A stretch of DNA of 11,983 nucleotides, taken from contig NW_021826689.1 of the NCBI RefSeq assembly GCF_006345805.1, positions 1 to 11,983 of the forward strand, written 5' to 3'. Below the pieces are notes generated by a model. That model was given only the letters and a program-made list of their open reading frames with translations. It was not told the origin of the DNA and made no database searches. This DNA is from Octopus sinensis (lineage: Eukaryota). Below are positions 1 through 7,870 of this stretch, piece by piece (positions within the stretch are counted from its first letter, which is position 1; each line of letters begins with the position of its first letter). A program made the position numbers and the translations under genes.

Positions 1-180
1 AAATTTCTAATGCCAGATATGCCGAACAATTGGACATATTGTCCATTAACCATATAATTTTTTCACAATGTGCACGCTACTCGAAAAAAGGTCGACAGAA
101 ATTTCTAAAAAAGTGTGAAAAAATTATATGGTTAATGGACAATATGTCCAATTTTTCGGTATATCTGGCATTAGAAATTT
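1..180. repeat. Long inverted repeat (foldback/MITE-like): arms 1-67 and 114-180, 46-bp spacer
   Basis: The reverse complement of 114-180 matches 1-67 at 65/67 positions (differences at 21 and 27). The left arm starts at the window edge and may extend further. Confidence 0.9.
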
Positions 181-220
181 TTTCGATTGCCCTTAATTAT
201 GAATTAAATATCTATATGTA

Positions 221-238
221 ATGTATGTATGTATGTAT
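221..238. repeat. (ATGT)n microsatellite, probably the remnant internal microsatellite of the adjacent family-B SINE
   Basis: atgtatgtatgtatgtat, at the position where the full family-B copy (9372-9791) has its CA/TA tract. Confidence 0.8.
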
Positions 239-397
239 GATGGGTTTCAACACAATTACCGTTGATTCAATTCACTCACAAGGCATTGGACGGTCCGGCT
301 CTAAGTTAGAAAGCATTTTGCCCAAGGTACCGGAGAGCGGGATTTTACCCGAAGTCACGTGGGCGTAAAAAGTGACTTTCTTCACAACATAGCTATA
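239..397 (-). mobile_element. Degenerate partial family-B SINE (tRNA head plus CORE-like part)
   Basis: ttcactcacaaggcattggacgg and ttgcccaaggtac align with tccactcacaaggcatttggtcgg and ttgcccaaggtgc at 9661-9720. Heavily diverged. Confidence 0.7.
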
Positions 398-796
398 CTT
401 GACAAAAAAAAAAAAAAAAGAACAAAATACGGTGAGGCTGGAAATAAAAAAAAACCGAACATGGTGGTCATGCTCGAATGTTTTTGACTGCAGGTGACTC
501 GTAGCCAAGCGGCGATATTAATAATGCATATTCTCACTGCCATAAACAATGGCGTCGCGTGAGTTTCCGCTTCTCTGTTAAAATTTTAACGGTTACATAA
601 ATGACTCACTACTTGAGACGGCTATAAAAACGTGGTGGGAAATGCCTTCTTGCTGTTCGAAAGGCCATCATCGAATAGGTCTAGGATCAAAGTTATTTCC
701 AACTGTGATTATCCCTTTTCAGAGAAAATTATAACTGCATGTGCTGGTTCTCAAGCGGAGCCTATATATGACCGTCGGGAGTCCATATTAGATTTG

Positions 797-862
797 CGCC
801 CCGAGTTCAAATTCCGCCGAGGTCGATTTTACTTTTTATCATTTCAGAATCGATGAAATAAA
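797..862 (+). mobile_element. Family-A SINE host copy, 5' part (B box and central domain), interrupted at 862
   Basis: B-box-like gagttcaaattcc at 803-815, followed by gccgaggtcga and atcgatgaaataaa. Colinear with 10629-10688. Confidence 0.85.
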
Positions 863-1256
863 TCTTTTCTACTCGAGGAACAAGGCCCGAAATTTTGGGG
901 GAGGGGACCCAGTCGATTAGATCGACCCCAGTACGCAACTGATACTTAATTTATCGACCCCGAAAGGATGAAAGGCAAAGTTGACCTCGGCGGAATTTGA
1001 ACTCAGAACGTAAAGACAGGCGAAATACCTATTTCTTTATTGCCCACAAGGCGCTAAACATTGAGGGGACAAACAAGGAAAGACAAAGGGATTAAGTCGA
1101 TTATATCGACCCCTGTGCGTAACTGGAAGTTATTTAATCGACCCCGAAAGGATCAAAGGCAAAGTCGACCTCGGCGGAATTTGAACTCAGAACGTAACGA
1201 CAGACGAAATACCGCTAAGCGTTTCGCTCGAGTGCTAACGTTTCTGCCAGCTCGCC
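863..1256 (-). mobile_element. Dimeric tRNA-derived family-A SINE (~394 bp) inserted antisense into an older family-A copy
   Basis: Minus-strand 5' end ggcgagctggcagaaacgttagcac with A-box-like motif at 1237-1249. Two B-box-like motifs (1176-1188, 992-1004) lie 184 bp apart with a duplicated body. Flanked by aataaa at 857-862 and 1257-1262 (TSD-like). Confidence 0.9.
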
Positions 1257-1352
1257 AATAAATACCAGTTGAGCACTGGGGTCGATGTAATCGACTTATC
1301 CCACCCCACCACTGGCATTGTTGGTGGCCTTGTGCTAAAATTTGAAACCAAT
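1257..1352 (+). mobile_element. Family-A SINE host copy, 3' part
   Basis: aataaataccagttgagcactggggtcgatgtaatcgactta...ggccttgtgctaaaatttgaaaccaat resumes where 797-862 stopped, when compared with the uninterrupted copy at 10606-10773. Confidence 0.85.
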
Positions 1353-1434
1353 AAGTTATATTTCTATAATATTTCACCAATTTCGTTTTCAATGTAATTC
1401 CTGGAAATAAATTATAGAAATACCAAAAAAACAT

Positions 1435-1511
1435 TAAATGGCTATGTGGTCCCAACTAACTAAAATGGGAATCAAAGGGGTCCATAGGCAAAAACAATGA
1501 TTGAGAACCCT
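1435..1511. mobile_element. Probable right end of a hAT-type MITE (single terminus)
   Basis: Ends in gattgagaaccct, whose reverse complement resembles the hAT/Charlie terminus CAGGGGTTCTCAA. No matching opposite TIR found in the window. Confidence 0.45.
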
Positions 1512-1656
1512 TATCTTAATGTATCCATTCTTTAAGCAAGCAAGATGTAATTTTGCGAGAGGGTGTGTGTGACTTGGTTGCTATTTATAGCAAGTCAAGT
1601 GTCTATATTCTACTGCTGACTTATCTCAAGATTATGTAGCTTATGTTGTTTTAAAT

Positions 1657-1900
1657 GTGGAGGCACGTGGCTTAGTGGTTAGGGTGTCAGCATCATGATC
1701 GTAAGATTGTGGTTTCGATTCTTGGACCGGGCAACGCGTTGTGTTCTTGAGCAAAACACTTCATTTCACGCATCTGGCAAAAATGAGTAACGCTGCGATG
1801 GGCTGGCTTCCCTCCAGCTGGAGAACACATATGCCATAGAAGCCAGGAAACCGGGCCCATGAGCCTGGATAGGCTTTAAAAGGGCGCATTTAAAAAAAAA
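1657..1900 (+). mobile_element. Family-C tRNA-derived SINE with CORE-like centre, poly(A) tail and 16-bp TSD
   Basis: A box tggcttagtgg at 1668-1678; B-box-like gtttcgattct at 1712-1722; CORE-like gtgttcttgagcaaaacactt; A9 tail at 1892-1900. Flanks are ttatgttgttttaaat (1641-1656) and ttatgcagttttaaat (1901-1916), 14/16 identical. Confidence 0.88.
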
Positions 1901-2225
1901 TTATGCAGTTTTAAATACAATTCAGTCATGACTGAGCAGGCATAAAACAAATAAGTATTCCGGCCGTGTGCATTCCATCTTATCATCTTGTATTTTAGAC
2001 GAACTATCTAGCAGTGTGATTTAAAGAAGTTTTAGCTGCTATTTCTCATAGGTCTTTCGACCACTTGAACCTGTCCATCTCTCTGCGTAATTATTGTACA
2101 CGAAAGCATTGAAAAGGTTTTCTTTAAGATAATCCTCTTTCCTTCCCCACACCTACGACTCAAAGGTGTCTTTATATCAGTTTATACTTCGTACAAACAA
2201 TATGCACACATACTCACGCATACAC

Positions 2226-2326
2226 TGTGTGTATATATGTGTGTGTGTTGTGTGTTTATGTATGTGTGTTTATGTATGTGTGTGTGTGTGTGTGTGTGTG
2301 CGTGTTTCTATGTATGTATATGTGTG
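2226..2326. repeat. Compound (TG)n/(TATG)n microsatellite
   Basis: Direct reading. Confidence 0.95.
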
Positions 2327-2445
2327 AAACTATCTCAAATTCAGAATTTTAATCCGGATTTTTTTTTTATATCTTCCTATTTCAACATTATAGAATTTAT
2401 AGAATTTTCTGTCTTTTTTTCACGAGTTAAGTACGCAAGTGGAAA

Positions 2446-2550
2446 GTGAGTGTGAGAGAGAAAGTGAAGAAACGCAGAGAGAGAGAGAGAGAGAGAGGGG
2501 AGAGACAGACAGACAGAAAGAGAAAGAGAGAGAAAAGAAAGAAAGAAAGA
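2446..2550. repeat. Polypurine (GA)n/(GACA)n/(GAAA)n tract
   Basis: Direct reading. Confidence 0.9.
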
Positions 2551-2644
2551 AGCGGGTGAAGAATGTGTATGGAAAAAGAGAGATAACTTGGTGGGAGAGA
2601 AGATAAAGAAATGGTGTGTTCTTTCTCAAACTGATATATGAGTA

Positions 2645-2693
2645 CGTGTGTATGTGTGTGTGTGTTGTGTGTGTATTTGTGTTTGTTTGTGTT
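2645..2693. repeat. (TG)n/(TTTG)n microsatellite
   Basis: Direct reading. Confidence 0.9.
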
Positions 2694-2724
2694 GCATTTT
2701 TTAATGTTAAAACAATGCTAGCAA

Positions 2725-2810
2725 TAAGAAATAAAACAAGTCGATGGTTGGTTTAATATTTCGGGTTTTAGGAGCCCTTCTTCAAGAAATCTTCGGTGAT
2801 GTGGTGTTGT
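2725..2810 (-). other. Possible degenerate Penelope-like-element terminal fragment with hammerhead-like core
   Basis: Minus strand reads ttgaaga-a-ggg(ctcctaaaa)ccc-gaaa-tatt, resembling CUGANGA-stem II-GAAA. C3 is U, stem II is short and stem I is poor. Confidence 0.35.
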
Positions 2811-2924
2811 GAGGTGACTTCTCTGTTCATATACACACCAGGAAAAATGAACCTAGTCATCTTGTTACTGAACAGCTTACATTGTCTGAAGAACCTTTAA
2901 AATGGTTTTTATTCATGAATGCGC

Positions 2925-2955
2925 GCACACATACACACACACACACACACACACA
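2925..2955. repeat. (CA)n microsatellite
   Basis: Direct reading. Confidence 0.95.
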
Positions 2956-3106
2956 TTACGTACATTTTCTCGAGTTCAACATGTAACGTTTTTGTCTTTG
3001 TTATCTAGATTCCAACGATGGAGCTTTGTATCTTTGTTAGAAACCAGCTCCTTCCTAATTGGAAAGATTTCAAGTAATTAAAATAGAAGAGAACAAACAT
3101 AAATGC

Positions 3107-3180
3107 AGCACTGGGGTTGATGTAATCGACCATTCCCCTCCCACAAAGTTTCAGGCTTTGTGCCTATAGTAGAAAGGATT
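3107..3180 (+). mobile_element. Family-A SINE 3' fragment leading into an (ATT)n tail
   Basis: gcactggggttgatgtaatcgacc...ggctttgtgcctatagtagaaagg matches 3941-4010. Confidence 0.85.
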
Positions 3181-3228
3181 ATTATTTTTATCATTATTAT
3201 TATTATTATTATTGTTATTATTATTATT
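3178..3228. repeat. (ATT)n microsatellite (SINE tail and left flank of element D)
   Basis: Direct reading. Confidence 0.95.
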
Positions 3229-3772
3229 GAGTGAGAGAGCAGTGCATGCTATCAAAGTGACACTGGGGTAAAATATACGAAGCCCAGTATACCCATCATG
3301 ACTACCCATCTGATAAGGGTAGACCAGGCACATGCATCACAACCATATGTGCGTGACATGGTGATTTCATATCCAGATAAACAGCACATGACCTTGCAGG
3401 TGGAGCCCAGTTAGAATTTTCTTCTGGTCGAGTAACACATCCCGCTCAAAGGGTCCCTGAATAAGGGTTGTTTAAGGAAACACCCATGTTTCCAGAGGTG
3501 AATTATTCAAACCCCAAAGAATCCCTCGCAACACATGGCCATGATGCTCCTCCACTACTTCTGCTCGTGATCAGAGATGCACATATAGTCAGTCACTAAG
3601 GGACATGCTCAACAGGTTATGGTCAAACAACTGACAAGCAAATCTGTGGTATTGAGCAGAATATTTGCTGTAGCCCATCTTTTATACCAAGACAAAACAA
3701 TGTACAAGATAACACTTCCAACTAATTAAGATCAGAAGTCATCAGAGCCACTGTCTGGTACTGCATCACGGC
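3229..3772 (-). mobile_element. Family-D ~545-bp interspersed repeat embedded in (ATT)n; probable non-autonomous retroelement or LINE 3' end
   Basis: A second copy with the same terminus is at 7679-7870. On the minus strand it ends ctctctcactc(AAT)n. (ATT)n lies on both sides. No A/B boxes and no long ORF. Orientation is inferred from the (AAT)n tail. Confidence 0.75.
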
Positions 3773-3803
3773 ATTTATTATTATTATCATTATTATTATT
3801 ATT
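3773..3803. repeat. (ATT)n microsatellite (right flank of element D)
   Basis: Direct reading. Confidence 0.9.
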
Positions 3804-3807
3804 TTCA

Positions 3808-4011
3808 TGGCAGAATCATTAAGCACGCCGAGTGAAATGCTTAGCGATATTTCGTTTGTAGCTACGTTCTGCGTTCAAATTCCGCCGAGATCGACTTTGC
3901 CTTTCATTCTTTCGGGGTCGATTAAATAAGTACCAGTTACGCACTGGGGTCGATGTAATCGACTTACCCCCTCCCCGCAAATTTCAGGCCTTGCGTCTAT
4001 AATAGAAAGAT
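3808..4011 (+). mobile_element. Monomeric family-A tRNA-derived SINE, near full length
   Basis: A-box-like tggcagaatcatt at 3808-3820; B-box-like gcgttcaaattcc at 3871-3883; body colinear with the other copies; tail ggccttgcgtctataatagaaaga. Confidence 0.9.
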
Positions 4012-4293
4012 TTTATTATTATTATTATTATTATTATTGTTATTATTATTATTGTTAGTATTATTATTATTGTTATTATTATTGTTATTATTATTAGTAT
4101 TATTATTATTGTTATTATTATTGCTATGATTATTATTATTATTATTGTTGTTATTATTATTATTATTGTTATTATTATTATTATCATGGCTATTATTATT
4201 ATTGTTATTATTGTTATTATTATTATTATCATGGCTATTATTATTATTGTTATTATTATTATTATTATTGTTATTATTATTATTATTATTATT
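4012..4293. repeat. ~280-bp interrupted (ATT)n/(GTT) tail expansion
   Basis: Directly follows the SINE 3' end. Source of the poly-Ile and poly-Asn ORFs. Confidence 0.97.
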
Positions 4294-4804
4294 GTGAAAA
4301 TTTGACTCGAAATAACACCTCATAAAGAAAAAAAGAACCTGACAAAAAGTATTTTTTGATTAAGGCATCTGGTAAGTATATTTCGTCTGAAGCATACTTT
4401 TCTGTCAATGACTGTCCTTGCGGAAATCAAAATAACCAAATATGTAATTGGCGGGAAGGAGAGAGGGGAGCTGAACCATACGTCTGATTCCCCTCTCCCG
4501 GGAAATGCTGCGTTCCTTGTGGTTGAAGAAGCGTTAAGAGAACCTTTGCTGACTCAAAAGCCGTGGGTTATTGACCTATAGTTGGCTCCGACCATAGGCA
4601 GTTTTTCTGAGGTAACAAGTTCGCTTTCTTTTATGTTTGCTAGTTTTCGTAAAGGCTTCGTTGCAAATTTGAAATTAAAGCTAATTGGGATGGAAGTCAT
4701 CCATAATGGAAGGGAACCAGCCAGCTGGGATGAAGGCAAATGACATTGAAGAATAAAAGATTGGATAGAAAAAGCAAATAGTGAATGGAGAAAAATAAGG
4801 ATTG

Positions 4805-4886
4805 ATGGTGGTGGTGGTGGTAGTGGTGGCGGCGGTGGTAGTGGTGGTGGTGATGGAGAAGGAAGGAAGGAAGGAAGGAAGGGAAG
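4805..4886. repeat. (GGT)n followed by (GGAA)n microsatellites
   Basis: Direct reading. Confidence 0.9.
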
Positions 4887-5026
4887 ATACTGGAAGAATT
4901 GTAATAAGTGAGAAAACTGGGCGAGGAGGAGAGTTTTTTCTCGTGTTTCTATGTGGCGATAAGTGGTTATCTATTGGGGTGAGAGAGGACAGCAAGGTGA
5001 AGGAAAGCTACGAAAACTACAGAAAC

Positions 5027-5117
5027 TACACACACACACACACACACACACACGCACGCACGCACACACACACACACACACACGCACGCACGCACACACA
5101 CATACACATACACACAC
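5027..5117. repeat. (CA)n/(CACG)n microsatellite with an internal 30-bp duplication
   Basis: cacgcacgcacgcacacaca at 5051 and 5081. Confidence 0.95.
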
Positions 5118-5150
5118 GTTCGTACGCTAACATGCAGAGACATGTGGAAG

Positions 5151-5318
5151 CATATATACTAATATATATATATATATATATACTAATATAATATATATAT
5201 ATATATATATGAATGTATGTATATGCATATATACACAAAATACGAAGAGATGAATATATATATAATATATATATGTATGTATGTATTATACTATATACAC
5301 AAAATACGAAGAGATGAA
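5151..5318. repeat. (TA)n region containing a perfect 27-bp direct repeat (5228-5254, 5292-5318)
   Basis: tatatacacaaaatacgaagagatgaa occurs twice, 64 bp apart. Confidence 0.9.
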
Positions 5319-5671
5319 AAGACAAAGAAGTGTAGGAGTATGAAGGGCATAGGAACGGGAAGACAGGACAGTGAAGAAAAAAAGGGTTAGAAGGAAAACA
5401 GGGGCAAGAGAAGGTTGAAGAAATAATGTTAACCCTAACATTATTAGGATTGTAATTAGTCCTGTCAACTCGTCCGTATTCCCTACACGAAAACGACTGA
5501 GACCGCCATTAACATATGCTTTGTTAACCTTCAAATTGCTAAAGCAGACGATAGTTAAAAGATTGGATAGGTTTTCAATTTACATGTATTTCGCTACGGA
5601 GGACATTCCTTACTCAAAGATACACGCTTTTTATTTTCGTTCCCTATCCACTGCATCATATATATTCAAGT

Positions 5672-5764
5672 TTGTTGTTGTTGTTGTTACAGTTGTAGTA
5701 GCAGTAGAGACTGTTGTTGTTGTTGTTGTTGTTATTTACGTGGGCCCAAAGCAACTAACCAAAG

Positions 5765-5795
<31 letters not shown>
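5672..5795. repeat. (GTT)n/(GTA) tract (5672-5734) and (TAAA)n (5765-5795)
   Basis: Direct reading. Confidence 0.9.
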
Positions 5796-6191
5796 GTAAA
5801 AACAAAATATCATAAATGAACAAAAACAAAATGGCCGTCTTGTCTTGCTACTGTCGTTGTTATCGATGTTTAAGGAAGAAGTAATAGATTCTATTAACAC
5901 AAGGCACGATGGAGTTTAGAGTTGCCGACCCCAGGCGAAGAACCGAAGACCTGAATTGCTAAATGTACGCCATGTTTTTGTGACACTCTAGCAATACTAT
6001 ACAAATGAACTTATTTTCCTTAATATCAAGCCTGTCCTTTCCATTCCATGCTTTTCTTTCCGCTAATCTTTCCCTCTTCTTTTCTCTGTCAGACACTATT
6101 TGTCAGTCTTTTTTTAACGTCAACGCCATCACACTCGGGCATTTTCAACCTTACATTAGATCTTTCTCACTAGTTACAATACAAAAAGCCC

Positions 6192-6568
6192 TTCTCTCTC
6201 TCCCCACTCTCTCTCTCACACACTCCCTCTCGCTTCCTCTCTATCAATCTATTTCTGCCTCTGTTTCTCCCTATCTCTGTCTCTCTGCTTGTGTGTCTCT
6301 CTCTCCTCTGTCTGTCTGTCTGTCTCTGTCTCTCTCTCTGTCTCTCTCTCTCTCTCTCAATATATATATATATGTATACACGTATCAAACAATATATCTA
6401 CCTATCTAGCTGCCGGTCTGTCCGTCTCTTTTTCTGTCTAGCTGTTTGCGTGTGTGTATGTACCTGTCTTTCTGTCTATCTATCTATCAATCTATCTATC
6501 TACATACCTACTTATCTATCTATCTATCTTTATATATATATATATATATATACTTATATATCTATCTA
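6192..6568. repeat. Compound (CT)n/(CTGT)n/(TA)n/(CTAT)n low-complexity region
   Basis: Direct reading. Confidence 0.9.
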
Positions 6569-7091
6569 ATTTTTTTTCCTCTCACTCTTATTTTGTAGAT
6601 AAACAACACACCACTATTTTTCACCTTATCTCATTTTATCACACAACCCTCGTCCTCTCCTATTCTCTCTAACGTACCTCCTCAAACTGTCTTTTCCACT
6701 TTCTCTCTTTCTTTTTCTCCTTTCTTTCCTTTCTTTATTCCATGTGTTAACTTTTCAATAATCACCTACGCATTTACACGCCGCGCACACAGACGGACAA
6801 ACACACACATAGACCCACAAGGACCCGTGCGCTAGCACATCCGCACAATCGCTTCCACGCCTCTGCCCGTCTCTCGTGCGCTAAGTTTCGCTCACTTTCC
6901 CTTTCTTCTTGTTCAAGACAGAAAAGGACTCACATACGAGCAGCCTCTTCTTTCCTCTACACTCTTAACTCAATGATGGTGCTTGCAGCCGGAAGCGAGA
7001 TGAGCAAAGCCACATGCCACGCTGCAGTACTACAGATATACTATCAGGCCGAGTACTAAAACATTCTAATCACAATGACACTTCTTTAAAA

Positions 7092-7290
7092 CTCACACAC
7101 ACACACACACGCAAGCATGTGCATGCGCACACATCCACACACAAGCAGACACAGATACCTTCATTGTAACGCCGTATATAGGAGTAAACGAATACACATA
7201 TAACATACACACATGCATATACACACATACATACATATATATATATATACATATATATATACATATATATACATATATATATACATATAT

Positions 7291-7322
<32 letters not shown>

Positions 7323-7465
7323 AATACACGCGCGCACACACATACACATATATATATATATATATTGATAGATAGATAAATAGAGAGAGAGACGCACGTA
7401 CATACATACATTCATGCAAACATATATACATACATATAGATAGATATATAGAGATATATATACAA
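7092..7465. repeat. Compound (CA)n/(TA)n/(GATA)n/(GA)n low-complexity region
   Basis: Direct reading. Confidence 0.9.
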
Positions 7466-7554
7466 TTATTATTCGGCTGTAAAGTTACATAAGTGACTGT
7501 AAGGAGAGAGTTTCAAGCATTTCATTTATTAAATACGTATGCATCGCTTTCTTG

Positions 7555-7635
7555 TTGTCTCTGTTTATCTTTGTCTGTCTCTCTCTATCTTTCCCTCTTC
7601 TTTTCTCTCCCTCTTCCTTTCTCTCTCTCTTTCAC
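7555..7635. repeat. Polypyrimidine (CT)-rich tract
   Basis: Direct reading. Confidence 0.85.
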
Positions 7636-7678
7636 TCTCTCTCCTCCTCTCTCTGTACACGATACACACACAACAAAA

Positions 7679-7870
7679 TTATTATTGAGTGAGAGAGTGC
7701 ATGCCATCAAAGTGTCAATGGGGTACAAATATACGAAGCTCAATATACCCATCATGACTAACCGTCTGATAAGGTTACACCAGGTACACGAATCACAACC
7801 ATATGTGCACGACATGGTGATCTCATATCAAGATAAACAGTGTGGAGCCCAGTTAGATTTTTTTCCGATT
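7679..7870 (-). mobile_element. Truncated second family-D copy (terminal ~190 bp)
   Basis: attattgagtgagagagtgcatgccatcaaagtg...gataaacag...tggagcccagttaga aligns to 3223-3420 with small deletions. Confidence 0.85.

Noticed and set aside
1659-1735. tRNA-like sequence
   Set aside because: It has A/B boxes but no proper acceptor stem or anticodon arm, and it continues into a SINE body with poly(A) and TSD. It is a SINE head.
2886-2910. ctgaaga followed by an acc/ggt stem as a + strand hammerhead
   Set aside because: No GAAA follows the stem (tttt instead).
2996-3010. tctttgttatctag resembling miR-9 (TCTTTGGTTATCTAG)
   Set aside because: One base is missing at the seed end, the 3' part diverges and there is no complementary star arm.
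3700-3772. HDV-like ribozyme at the inferred 5' end of element D
   Set aside because: Could not build the P1/P2/P3 nested pseudoknot; no P1' follows the putative P3.
4350-4378. Strong donor CTG|GTAAGT at 4372 with a possible 7-nt micro-exon
   Set aside because: Weak acceptor context and no coding support. Isolated consensus donors are expected by chance in 12 kb.
4561-4612. Imperfect hairpin cctatagttg-gctc-cgaccatagg as a pre-miRNA
   Set aside because: 4-nt loop, weak outer stem and no known mature sequence recognised.
5228-5318. Repeat-spacer-repeat as a CRISPR array
   Set aside because: Only two repeats, a low-complexity spacer, eukaryotic context and no cas genes.
5955-5995. attgcta...tagcaat hairpin as a miRNA precursor
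   Set aside because: About 41 nt with a poorly paired interior; too short.
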